64,000 nucleotides of DNA from Desulfobacterales bacterium (GTDB lineage: Bacteria > Desulfobacterota > Desulfobacteria > Desulfobacterales > UBA5616): assembly GCA_046483495.1 (NCBI GenBank), contig JAWODC010000077.1, positions 5,143 through 69,142 on the forward strand. The letters run 5' to 3'. Each line of letters starts with the position of its first letter. The first letter of the stretch is position 1. Of the stretch, positions 1-8,659 are shown one piece after another. The position numbers and the translations under genes are program-made. The notes below the pieces were generated by a model that was not told the DNA's origin, did no database searches, and saw only the letters and a list, made by a program, of their open reading frames with translations.

Positions 1-1217
1 GTCATCAGCGCATTTTCAATTTCCGCGAATGCATTCAGAACCGTCTTGGCGTAATCCGTTGCGCCTTGCAGGTATCGCGCTTCGGCAATTTCCTGTCCGG
101 CTTTTCGTTTCCCTGCATCGAAAACCGGCTGAAAAATGCCGGCAGCGATTTCCCACAGCTCACTGGCCGGTGAGACGAGGTTGTCCAACTCCCTGCTGGA
201 GTAGCCGAATGTCCCCGTTAAGGTAATGGACGGAAAGCGAAGGGCCTTTGCCTCGCCGATGCGTGCATTTTGGGCGATCAACGCCGCTTCTGCGGCCCTG
301 ATATCCGGCCGGCGAAGCAGGAGTTCCGAGGGGAGCCCCACCGGAATGGGCTCCAGCCGCCGGTAATAATCCTCCGGCTGAACCCGGGGGGATTGGATTT
401 CGGGATAGTCGCCGGTCAGCACGGCAAGCCGGGTTTGGCTTGTTCCCAACGCCTGGTACAGGGAAGGCTGTAGGGAAATGGCCTGGGACAATGTGCGCCG
501 TGCCTGCCGGACCTCGAGCGCTCCGGTAAGGCCCGCCCGGTATCGCTTTTCAACGAGGTTCAGCCCCATTTCCAAATTGGCGATGCGTTGTGCATTCAGC
601 GCAATCCGCCTTTCCAGGGATTCCATTTCCAGATACAGGCTGACGACCTCGGCCAAAATGCTCTGGATCACCGTTCTCCGGTTTTCTTCCGCAGCAAGCA
701 GATCGGCCCTCGCCGCTTCACCGGCCCGGGATAATCGGCCCCATAAATCGAGTTCGAATGTCGCGGGGAGGGAAAGAACGTAACTGTTCGTTGTCGTACG
801 CGTGCTGGCGGGGTTGAACACCAGTTCGCCGGTGGGCGACATGGCGGCCGTCGCGCTGCTCAGTGTCGCCTGGTTCCGCGCCGCTTCGCCGCCCAGGTTC
901 AGAGCCGGAAACCGGCTGCTGCGTGTCTGGATCAGCCGCGCTTTTTGCTCGAGAATGACGGCGGCGCTTTTTTGGATGTCCGGATTGCCCGCCAGGGTAT
1001 TTTCCACCAGATCATCGATGGAAGGATCCTGGAAGGTTTTCCACCAGAAACACGCCCATTCAGGCACGGCGCTCAGTGGTGCTGCGGAATCGTTTTGATA
1101 GGCTGCCGGTACGGAGAACCCCAATTCCGGCCCCCGGAAATCCGGTCCGAACCGCATGCAGCCCGCGGTCGCCGCCAGTAAAATCAAGGTGAAAATCAGC
1201 CGAATCCCTCGCTTCAT
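1..1217 (-). CDS. RND-efflux outer-membrane factor lipoprotein (NodT/OprM/TolC family); 3' end lies beyond window start
   Basis: Absent from the ORF track because it runs off the window. Own minus-strand translation from ATG 1217 gives MKRGIRLIFTLILLAATAGCMRFGPDF (lipobox LAATAGC) ... WWKTFQDPSIDDLVENTLAGNPDIQ ... LLRRPDIRAAEAALIAQNARIGEAKA. The frame is open to base 1. The start overlaps the TetR stop as ATGA (1214-1217). Confidence 0.8.
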   Translation of the reverse strand, partial: MKRGIRLIFTLILLAATAGCMRFGPDFRGPELGFSVPAAYQNDSAAPLSAVPEWACFWWKTFQDPSIDDLVENTLAGNPDIQKSAAVILEQKARLIQTRSSRFPALNLGGEAARNQATLSSATAAMSPTGELVFNPASTRTTTNSYVLSLPATFELDLWGRLSRAGEAARADLLAAEENRRTVIQSILAEVVSLYLEMESLERRIALNAQRIANLEMGLNLVEKRYRAGLTGALEVRQARRTLSQAISLQPSLYQALGTSQTRLAVLTGDYPEIQSPRVQPEDYYRRLEPIPVGLPSELLLRRPDIRAAEAALIAQNARIGEAKALRFPSITLTGTFGYSSRELDNLVSPASELWEIAAGIFQPVFDAGKRKAGQEIAEARYLQGATDYAKTVLNAFAEIENALM

Positions 1218-1927
1218 GAATGTCTCTCCCTGCTGCCGTTTTCACCGGCCAATCCGTACAAGGTAAACGATACGATGTGGTCGATGATCCGGTTGATAAA
1301 ATGCTCGTCATATTCTCTTCCGGTGATCAGCCGGATGATGGTCCTTGCATGTGAAAAATGGAGGGTCATGGCGATCAGGCTGAAGATTTTGAGTTTCATT
1401 TCCAGTTCATCCTCTTCATCCGTCAGATGAGATCGAAACAGATCGAGCAGAACCTGAAAAAACGGCTCGATAACTTCATTGAAGATAATATCCACAGCGC
1501 CGGTAGGATAGTGAATTTCACGGTGCATCAACCCATGAAAGGCTTCATTATTATCTTGATTGAGGGGGTGTTTTTCCATAAAGGAGGTGACCACGGCCCG
1601 AATGACCGACTCGAAATTCATGTCCTCCTGTCCGGCGAGAATATCCTCGAATCGGCAGCGGACCTGGGACAACTGCGGCACCAGGCGACTGCGGAATACG
1701 TCGAAATACAAATTTTTCTTGTTGCCGAAATAATAGTTCACCGAGGCGAGGTTGCAATCGGCGCACTGCGTGATTTCTCGGATCGAAACACCGTCAAAGC
1801 CCTTTTCCGCAAAAAGCTTCTCCGCTACCACCAGCAGGCGCTCTTTTGCCGTGTCATTCGAAACCGTTTGAATATCCATGGTATTGCTCCCGGAAAAATA
1901 AACGTTTGTATCAAACAAAAATTTCAA
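1214..1927 (-). CDS. TetR/AcrR-family transcriptional regulator
   Basis: 237-aa ORF. The N-terminal HTH ERLLVVAEKLFAEKGFDGVSIREITQCADCNLASVNYYFGNKKNLY is the TetR signature. The real start is more likely MDIQTV at 1879. Stop is coupled to the efflux OMF gene. Confidence 0.85.
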   Translation of the reverse strand: MKFLFDTNVYFSGSNTMDIQTVSNDTAKERLLVVAEKLFAEKGFDGVSIREITQCADCNLASVNYYFGNKKNLYFDVFRSRLVPQLSQVRCRFEDILAGQEDMNFESVIRAVVTSFMEKHPLNQDNNEAFHGLMHREIHYPTGAVDIIFNEVIEPFFQVLLDLFRSHLTDEEDELEMKLKIFSLIAMTLHFSHARTIIRLITGREYDEHFINRIIDHIVSFTLYGLAGENGSRERHS

Positions 1928-1938
1928 ACGACCATATT

Positions 1939-1965
1939 AAACGATTGTTTTATTGTCAATCGTTT
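1939..1965. promoter_or_regulatory. Perfect 9-bp inverted repeat AAACGATTG-N9-CAATCGTTT, candidate TetR operator
   Basis: Read directly from the sequence. It lies 12-60 nt upstream of the possible TetR starts. TetR-family operators are typically palindromes of this size. Confidence 0.45.
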
Positions 1966-2010
1966 TTTTGGTTGCATTGGGGAGGGGGGATGAAATAATA
2001 GAATTCGTAA

Positions 2011-2088
2011 GGGCTATGGGCTATGGGCTATAGGCTATGGGTTATGGGTGATGGGTGAGGGGCTATGGGTGATGGGTGATGGGTATGG
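2011..2088. repeat. Tandem heptamer array, 11 units (GGGCTAT x3, AGGCTAT, GGGTTAT, GGGTGAT, GGGTGAG, GGGCTAT, GGGTGAT x2, GGGTATG)
   Basis: Read directly. Intergenic, immediately left of TIR element copy 1. Confidence 0.9.
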
Positions 2089-2098
2089 ATTGGAAACG

Positions 2099-2469
2099 TT
2101 TTATTCCCCCCCATCCCGGCCTTCCCCCGCCGGGGGGGAAGGGGAGATGTAGCGAAGCCTTTAAATTTATTCCACTTTTCGCTTTTTAGAACATAGTTTC
2201 AAGCGCCTGCTTCGCGCCGCGTAAAAATGAGGGGGATCGTTTAAGTGATAAATCAGTAGCAGGGGTTAATTGGTGATTGAAAACACTTTTTGAAAAAAAA
2301 TCATCAAAAAACAAACCGTGAGCAACGTGAAATTAGACAAACCGTGAGCAAAGCGAACGGCACTTTTTCTTAACTTGTTGAAAATTAAGATATTACGATC
2401 AGTGGACTTGCGGCGCAGCATGTCCCCTTCACCCCTGGAGGGGGAAGGCCGGGATGGGGGGGGAATAAA
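2099..2469 (+). mobile_element. TIR-bounded non-coding repeat (MITE/Correia-like), copy 1, ~371 bp
   Basis: Termini TTTATTCCCCCCCCATCCCGGCCTTCCCCCGCCGGGGGGGAAGGGGA ... TCCCCTTCACCCCTGGAGGGGGAAGGCCGGGATGGGGGGGAATAAA are inverted repeats. The internal blocks are shared with 28614-28962 and 54569-54918. No conserved ORF. Confidence 0.7.
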
Positions 2470-2491
2470 GCCCCGAGCAAAAATCAGCCAC

Positions 2492-2809
2492 ATGAAACCA
2501 CTAACCGGAACCCAAAAAAAATACCTGCGAGGCATGGCCCATTCCTTGAAGCCGGTCGTATTCGTCGGTCAAAAGGGCATGAGTCCGTCATTGATACGGG
2601 CCGTAAACGAGGCCTTCGAAGCCCGTGAACTGATCAAGATAAAGTTCAACGAGTTCAAGGAAAAAGAGGAAAAGCGTGCGGTGCTGGCCGGTATTGAAGA
2701 TCGAACCGGCGCTCGAGTGTGCGGCATAATAGGGCACACGGCGATTCTATACCGCAGAAATCCGGATCCGGAAAAACGAAAAATCGATCTGCCCAAGGGG
2801 ACGTCATGA
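2492..2809 (+). CDS. yhbY: Ribosome-assembly RNA-binding protein YhbY (CRS1/YhbY domain)
   Basis: MKPLTGTQKKYLRGMAHSLKPVVFVGQKGMSPSLIRAVNEAFEARELIKIKF matches the YhbY family. The ORF-track start at 2375 lies inside the repeat, so the ATG at 2492 was chosen. Confidence 0.85.
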   Translation: MKPLTGTQKKYLRGMAHSLKPVVFVGQKGMSPSLIRAVNEAFEARELIKIKFNEFKEKEEKRAVLAGIEDRTGARVCGIIGHTAILYRRNPDPEKRKIDLPKGTS

Positions 2810-3282
2810 ACATGCAAGAGCAGGCAGACAGCAAGTTGATCCCGATTTTGCGGGAAGGCATCGCCGTAGTCAAGATGATACTCTACAAAGAGTTCAAAAC
2901 ATACCTGTCCGGTAAGCACGGTGATTGGAGTGAGGAGGAGATTCGAGCGTTTTCGGGCGCCGTCATTAACGAAATTTTTAGTGCGGGTAAACCCCGGGAT
3001 TCATTTTATCAGGAATATGAAGACGCGATCGAGGAGGAGGCGGATGACCTTCCATACCAATTCCCCGCTCTGGGAATTCCCCTCACCGATGCCCTCAGAA
3101 TGCAGTTTTTATGCGACAGTTTGGAAGGCGTGGACAGCGAACACGTACTTTCCCGGGCACGGGACAGGGGTATTTTATTGGTGGACCGTGAGGTGCCGTT
3201 CCCTAAAAACTTCTTGAAAATGGTGCGAAAAATCGGTGTGGCCCATAGGCTTCTTACACCACAGGAGATCGAAGAGGAATGA
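2806..3282 (+). CDS. Hypothetical protein (158 aa)
   Basis: ATG 2806 overlaps the yhbY stop (ATGA), and its own stop overlaps the next start (ATGA at 3279-3282). No family recognised. Confidence 0.55.
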   Translation: MNMQEQADSKLIPILREGIAVVKMILYKEFKTYLSGKHGDWSEEEIRAFSGAVINEIFSAGKPRDSFYQEYEDAIEEEADDLPYQFPALGIPLTDALRMQFLCDSLEGVDSEHVLSRARDRGILLVDREVPFPKNFLKMVRKIGVAHRLLTPQEIEEE

Positions 3283-4742
3283 GTCGAATGGAAAGCAGAA
3301 GCGGAAATGATCGGATGGTTTCTTTGGAGGAGGTGTTTTCACCGAGGGGGGTTGCCGTTGTGGGTGTATCCGGTTCGGGAAAAATGGGCTTTGCCGAAGG
3401 CGTCACGATGGCACTGGTGGAAGCCGGGTGCCCCGGTATTTACCCGGTCAATCCCAAGTACAGCGAAGTTTTCGGGATGAAATGCTACCCTGATGTGAAA
3501 AGCATTCCTCATGCGGTGGACTTTGTCATCGTCAGTATTCCGGCGGGTGCTGTCCTCGATCTGCTGGATGACTGTGCGGCAAAGGGCGTCAAAGCCGTCC
3601 AGTTTTTCACGGCGGGTTTCAGCGAAAGCGGCATATCGCAGCGGGCGGCGCTGGAACGGGAGATGCTGAAAAAGGCCAGGGCCGGCGGATTCAGGATTAT
3701 CGGGCCCAACTGTGTGGGGGTGTATGTTCCCAAAAGCCGCCTGGTGAATATCAGTGGAGTTTCGCATGAACCCGGCCCCATCGCGTTTATTTCCCAGAGC
3801 GGCGGGCATGCCAACAACATCGTTCAATTCGGTGATCCCCGCGGGCTGCGGTTTTCGAAGGTTGTCAGTTACGGCAACGGTCTCGATGTCAATGAAATCG
3901 AGATGCTCGATTATTTTGCCGAAGATCCGGATACGGCCGTTATCGGGGCCTATATCGAGGGCGTAAAAGACGGCCAGGGGTTCGCAAAAGCCTTGAAAAA
4001 GGCAGCGGCGCAAAAACCCGTGGTGATCTATAAAGGCGGCAGAACGGATGCGGGGCAGCGGGCGGCATTCAGCCATACGGCAAGCCTTACCTCGTCCGTA
4101 GCCGTTTTCGATGCATTATGCAGACAGGTGAATGCCATCGTCGTGGACGATCTCGACGCGATGCTCGATGTACTGGCCGCGCTTTGTTTTGCCGAGCCCG
4201 TTCCCAATGGGCCGGGCATCGCCATGATCGGCGCGGGCGGCGGGCCCAGTGTATTGGCGGGAGACATCATGGAAAAGCATGGGCTTGTGCTGCCCCGGAT
4301 GCCGGAATCCACCCAGGAGGAACTGAAGCAAGTCCTGCCCGTGGACGGCAGCATTTTCAGCAATCCCCTGGACACACCCAATATGGCTTCACCCGATGCC
4401 ATATCCCAGGCACTGCCGATCATCGGAAAAGTGCCGGACATCGATATCCTGTTTTACCACATGGGATTTCATCCCATCAGCCGGTGGGGCATCAACCGGT
4501 TTGTCGCCGATGACTATGCCCATCAGCTTGCCCGATCGCTTGCCGAGGCCGAACAGGTGATGAACAAGCCGGTCCTGCTGGCGCTCAGGCCGCCCAACGA
4601 TATGGCCGGAATGGAAGAGTTTCTCGGTGTCCAGGCGGAGGCGGTGAAGGCCGGCCTGCCGGTTTTTTACTCCCTTGACGGGTTGGCCGGGGCCATGGCG
4701 CGGGTGGTCTCATGGCATCGGCGGAGGGAAATGGGTTCGTGA
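3279..4742 (+). CDS. CoA-binding / ADP-forming acyl-CoA synthetase alpha-type protein (succinyl-CoA-ligase-like)
   Basis: VAVVGVSGSGKMG (CoA-binding Rossmann), IIGPNCVGVY, FISQSGG, and AAFSHTASL (phosphohistidine-loop-like). No ATP-grasp beta domain is present in this ORF or adjacent to it. Confidence 0.75.
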   Translation: MSRMESRSGNDRMVSLEEVFSPRGVAVVGVSGSGKMGFAEGVTMALVEAGCPGIYPVNPKYSEVFGMKCYPDVKSIPHAVDFVIVSIPAGAVLDLLDDCAAKGVKAVQFFTAGFSESGISQRAALEREMLKKARAGGFRIIGPNCVGVYVPKSRLVNISGVSHEPGPIAFISQSGGHANNIVQFGDPRGLRFSKVVSYGNGLDVNEIEMLDYFAEDPDTAVIGAYIEGVKDGQGFAKALKKAAAQKPVVIYKGGRTDAGQRAAFSHTASLTSSVAVFDALCRQVNAIVVDDLDAMLDVLAALCFAEPVPNGPGIAMIGAGGGPSVLAGDIMEKHGLVLPRMPESTQEELKQVLPVDGSIFSNPLDTPNMASPDAISQALPIIGKVPDIDILFYHMGFHPISRWGINRFVADDYAHQLARSLAEAEQVMNKPVLLALRPPNDMAGMEEFLGVQAEAVKAGLPVFYSLDGLAGAMARVVSWHRRREMGS

Positions 4743-4773
4743 ATCGTGCGCGCGGCGGGAATGTCCCTTTATC

Positions 4774-4838
4774 GGTGAACAGTGAACAGTGAACGGTGAA
4801 TCGGATCGGGGCTTTATTCAGCCCATCACCCATCACCC
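4774..4838. repeat. Heptamer arrays: GGTGAAC AGTGAAC AGTGAAC GGTGAAT CGGATCG, then (reverse) GGGTGAT x2
   Basis: Read directly, in the convergent intergenic gap between 4742 and 4869. Confidence 0.85.
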
Positions 4839-4868
4839 AAGAAATTGAGCGCCAGAAGACTTGCCCCC

Positions 4869-6026
4869 TCAACACACCTTCTCCAAAAGCTTCCGGGCGT
4901 CCTCACGGGTAAACGGCGCCGGGTTGTTGGCGATGACGCCGGTAAGCGCCATCGTCTTTTCGGCCAGGTTCTCGATCTCCGGGCCGGTGATGTTGAATTT
5001 CTTCAGCGATTCATCCAGTCCCGTGGACAGGGTGATGTCGTAAAGAAAGTCGATGAATCGATCTGCGGCCTGATCCGGTGAAGACAGCTTCTCATCGCTT
5101 ACGGTTTCCCAGAGCTTTGCGATTTTTTCCAGGGCATGGACCCGGTTCTGCTCCACCACCCGGGGCAAAAGGATACCGCATCCCACACCGTGGGGAACCT
5201 TGTGAAAAACGCTCATGGGGTAGCTGACGGCATGGGCTGCGCAAACCCCTCCGTTTAGAATGGCAAGGCCGGCAAGACAGCTGCCGAACAGCATATGGCT
5301 TCTGGCCCCCAGATCCCGGCCGTTTTCTACGGCTTTCTTCAGGTTTTTGCCGATGCATTCGACGGCTTTCAATGAAAACATTTCACTCAACGGCGTTGCG
5401 CTTTTGGATATGTAGGATTCAACCGCGTGGGTCAGGGCATCCATTCCGGTGCTGACCGTGATCGACGGCGGAAGGGTGACGGTCAGCTCCGGATCGAGCA
5501 ACGCCAGCGCCGGGATCACGTACGGCGTGTTGATGCCCAACTTCAGCTGCTTTTGGCGGTTGATGAATACCGCAACGCCGGTGACTTCACTGCCCGTTCC
5601 CGCCGTTGTGGGGATCATGATCGTGGGAACGCCGGGGCGTTTCACCAGGTTCTGCCCCTGGTAATCGCTTGCCGGACCTTCATTCGTCAACAGGACCCCG
5701 GCCGCTTTTGCCGTATCCATGGTGCTGCCGCCGCCGATGCCGACCACCACATCGCAATGGCCGTCACGGCCGGCCCGGGTGCACGCATCCGCTGTCTCCA
5801 GGGTGGGTTCGGGTTCGGTTTGGTCGAATACGATAACCTGCAAGCCGCTGCTTTCAATAATGTTACGTACCTTTTCCGTGAGGCCGAGGCCGCTCAGCGC
5901 GGCATCCGCCACCAGAAGAACGGTTGAGCCGTTGAGCATTTTGACTTCGGTTCCCAGTTTTTGAATATTTCCGCACCCGAACGAAATGCGCGGGACCATG
6001 CGGCCCTCGAAATGCAGTCCTTCCAT
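4869..6026 (-). CDS. Iron-containing (group III) alcohol dehydrogenase
   Basis: 385 aa with the GIGGGSTMDTAKA motif and His-rich metal site (AHAVSYP..HG). GAGGAGA Shine-Dalgarno 6 nt upstream of ATG 6026. Confidence 0.85.
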   Translation of the reverse strand: MEGLHFEGRMVPRISFGCGNIQKLGTEVKMLNGSTVLLVADAALSGLGLTEKVRNIIESSGLQVIVFDQTEPEPTLETADACTRAGRDGHCDVVVGIGGGSTMDTAKAAGVLLTNEGPASDYQGQNLVKRPGVPTIMIPTTAGTGSEVTGVAVFINRQKQLKLGINTPYVIPALALLDPELTVTLPPSITVSTGMDALTHAVESYISKSATPLSEMFSLKAVECIGKNLKKAVENGRDLGARSHMLFGSCLAGLAILNGGVCAAHAVSYPMSVFHKVPHGVGCGILLPRVVEQNRVHALEKIAKLWETVSDEKLSSPDQAADRFIDFLYDITLSTGLDESLKKFNITGPEIENLAEKTMALTGVIANNPAPFTREDARKLLEKVC

Positions 6027-6059
6027 GTAATGTCTCCTCGAGCCCTTCGGCTTTAACGG

Positions 6060-6260
6060 TTACTTGCGAAGAATCCACATGATCAGTGACACCACCAGGC
6101 TGATCACGATCATGGTGGTAATGGGTATGTACACCTTGAAATTCGGCTTGTTGATGATGATATCGCCCGGCAGCCGCCCTAACGGCAGCTTGTCCAATAA
6201 CGGCCAGGCCAGGCCTGCGGCAAGGATGACGATGCCGACGATGATCAGAATTTTCTGCAT
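6060..6260 (-). CDS. Small membrane protein, DUF2905 family
   Basis: MQKILIIVGIVILAAGLAWPLLDKLPLGRLPGDIIINKPNFKVYIPITTMIVISLVVSLIMWILRK is typical DUF2905. Start taken at the internal MQKIL. Confidence 0.6.
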   Translation of the reverse strand: MQKILIIVGIVILAAGLAWPLLDKLPLGRLPGDIIINKPNFKVYIPITTMIVISLVVSLIMWILRK

Positions 6261-6283
6261 GCCGTTTTTTATCCCTCCGCCTT

Positions 6284-7312
6284 TCAAGCTCTATATGGCA
6301 GATCGGTGGGTGTGTCAATATTCGGGTTGCCCGTTTCTTCATGGATCGCATCCGTCAATAATTCCCGGTAGACAGCTATTTTTTCAAGGGCTTCCGCTTT
6401 CGATGAAATGGTCGTGATGGATCTTCTGAAACGGCTGCTGTGCGGCAATCCCTTTGCAAACCACCCCAGCTTCCCGCGCATCACAAAACAGGCGTTTTTC
6501 TCTCCCAGAAAGGTACACGACGTTTCCAGAAAACGGATCATGGCGTCAAACTGTTTTTTGTAATCGGTCACCGGCATATCGTCGCCGTTCAAAAACGCTA
6601 GAATACGGGAGAAAATCCAGGGGTCTCCGATCGCGGCCCTGCCCACCATGACGCCGTCGCATCCGGTTTGGGCGATCATCGCTCCGGCATGCTCCGGCCG
6701 GGTGATATCGCCATTGCCGATCACCGGAATGTCCAGCCGATTTTTCAGCCTTTCGATCACGCCCCAATCGGCTTTTCCGGAAAATCCCTGCCGGGCCGTT
6801 CGCGGGTGCACGGCAACGGCATCGGCTCCGTTGTCGCGGGCGATTCGCGCAATGGTTACGGCCTGGTCGCCGGATGCATCCCAACCGGACCGGATTTTAA
6901 TGGTCATCGGAATCGAAACGGCATTTCGAACCGATGCGATAATCCGGGCGGCAAGCTCCGGGCTTTTCATCAGTGCAGCGCCGGAACCGGTTTTCAGTAC
7001 TTTTTTGACCGAGCATCCGAAATTGATGTCAATAATATCCGCACCCGTATGTTCCACGATGGCGGCGGCTTCGGCCATAATATCCGGCTCGGATCCAAAA
7101 ATCTGGACGGACAGGGGGCGTTCTTCGGTGTCGCTTTTCAGCATGTCCAGCGTTTTTCGGCCCCGCTGCACCAGGCCCCGTGAACTGATCATTTCAGAGC
7201 ACACCAACCCGCAGCCCTGTTCTTTAGCCATCAGGCGCATGGGCAGGTTGGTGATGCCCGCCATGGGGGCAAATACGATATTGTTGGTTAAAACGCGTGA
7301 ACCGATTTTCAT
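6284..7312 (-). CDS. dusB: tRNA-dihydrouridine synthase
   Basis: 342 aa with FAPMAGITNLPMR, DINFGC and HPRTARQ motifs of the Dus family. Confidence 0.85.
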   Translation of the reverse strand: MKIGSRVLTNNIVFAPMAGITNLPMRLMAKEQGCGLVCSEMISSRGLVQRGRKTLDMLKSDTEERPLSVQIFGSEPDIMAEAAAIVEHTGADIIDINFGCSVKKVLKTGSGAALMKSPELAARIIASVRNAVSIPMTIKIRSGWDASGDQAVTIARIARDNGADAVAVHPRTARQGFSGKADWGVIERLKNRLDIPVIGNGDITRPEHAGAMIAQTGCDGVMVGRAAIGDPWIFSRILAFLNGDDMPVTDYKKQFDAMIRFLETSCTFLGEKNACFVMRGKLGWFAKGLPHSSRFRRSITTISSKAEALEKIAVYRELLTDAIHEETGNPNIDTPTDLPYRA

Positions 7313-7410
7313 TTCTTCGACAAACCCATAAAAATTACTATTCCATTCGGGCGTTCATTTCAGAGCGGTTGAACCATTTGCCGGCACCGCATAAACCCAC
7401 CGGATGCCGC

Positions 7411-8310
7411 TCACTCATGCCGATTACCGGCACGTGAGATGTCTGCCGGATTGGCATAGCAGTAAAGGCAGTTGTGGCGGCACGGGTGACGATGGTAGCA
7501 CCCGACATCTACGGATTTCATGCAGCCGCACCCGTGCTTCACCCGCTGGCCCATATCCCTTTTCAGCGAGGGACGGCCCCCGAACAGTTCCATAAACAGA
7601 TCATTGGAGATGCAGGCGCCCGGTCGTATTCCGGAGGCGGGCGGGAGCGTTTCAAGCAGCTCCTTTTCACAGCAGAGCAGCAGGTCTATGTCGTGCTTTT
7701 CCAGCAGCCGCTTCATCGCAAGCACCCGATCGCGCTTTTCATCGCATGACGGAAATACGAAGGAGAACGCCGGCATGGACCGGGTGCGCCGTTGGATTTT
7801 GGGATAGTCGTTCATGAAACCGGCAATGCATCGGCGTATCCCCAGCTGTCCGGCTTTGGCGGCGATGGTTGAAAAATCGTTCATGTTGTCGCTGACGCCT
7901 GCGCCGTTTTCAGAAAAAAAGCAGACGGGGTCGAAACGCCAGGTGACGCATTGGGCCCCGAACGTGCCGCAAAGAACTTCCAATTGGGCCAATCGGTCCG
8001 CCAATGGCGGAACACCGGGTTCGAGAACACGGCATTCGGAGTTTACCGTAAAATGGAAATACAAATGATACCCCATCCCGATCAGCTCATCCGGATAACT
8101 GCCGTGGAGAAAACGGGAAAAATCTTTGGACATGAAAACAATGGTGTGAACGTGTTCGGGCATCGCGGATATCCGTGATGTTTTCCGGTTGTATGGATTG
8201 ACCCTTTCGAACCAACCCCTGCGGATTTGCGCCATGAAATCATCCATGTAAAAGGCAGGGATGTCGGTGCGTCGGGATGCGGAAATCACTGTCTGTTCGG
8301 CTCGTACCAT
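7411..8310 (-). CDS. DUF1848 domain protein (C-terminal Cys cluster)
   Basis: N-terminal ISASRRTDIPAFY and C-terminal GCGCMKSVDVGCYHRHPCRHNCLYCYANP match DUF1848. Confidence 0.7.
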   Translation of the reverse strand: MVRAEQTVISASRRTDIPAFYMDDFMAQIRRGWFERVNPYNRKTSRISAMPEHVHTIVFMSKDFSRFLHGSYPDELIGMGYHLYFHFTVNSECRVLEPGVPPLADRLAQLEVLCGTFGAQCVTWRFDPVCFFSENGAGVSDNMNDFSTIAAKAGQLGIRRCIAGFMNDYPKIQRRTRSMPAFSFVFPSCDEKRDRVLAMKRLLEKHDIDLLLCCEKELLETLPPASGIRPGACISNDLFMELFGGRPSLKRDMGQRVKHGCGCMKSVDVGCYHRHPCRHNCLYCYANPADISRAGNRHE

Positions 8311-8314
8311 GACC

Positions 8315-8659
8315 TTACTTTTTCAGATCTTTAAAGGAAATGACATTGGCTTGTTTTTCCTTCTCCGTCGATTCGTTCACGACCGATTCGTTCACGACGG
8401 TGTCCTCCGATTGAACGTCTTCGTCGGGGCAGCGTATCTTTTCCAGCCGCATTCGTTTGCCGCCCATGGTGAATTCACCGCCGTCGATGTAGGTGTCCCG
8501 TAGTATCCAGGTGACCGTTTTCAAAGGCAACTGCAATAAAAGGAGTTTTACATGGTACCAGCCCGGCTTGTGATCCGCTGTAATGGACTCGATGCGGGCA
8601 AATCCCATCGGATTATCTTCAAAATGGATCAAAACGATATCGTTTTCCGTTGTCATGCC
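8315..8659 (-). CDS. Hypothetical protein (about 114 aa)
   Basis: The ORF-track entry 8315-8698 was shortened to ATG 8659 (MTTENDIV), which has an AAGGAAG SD 7 nt upstream. Ends 4 nt before the DUF1848 start. Confidence 0.5.
   Translation of the reverse strand, partial: GMTTENDIVLIHFEDNPMGFARIESITADHKPGWYHVKLLLLQLPLKTVTWILRDTYIDGGEFTMGGKRMRLEKIRCPDEDVQSEDTVVNESVVNESTEKEKQANVISFKDLKK

Noticed and set aside
2011-2088. Could the short tandem arrays be CRISPR-like?
   Set aside because: The units are 6-7 nt and directly abutting, with no spacers, no 24-48 nt repeats and no cas genes in the window.
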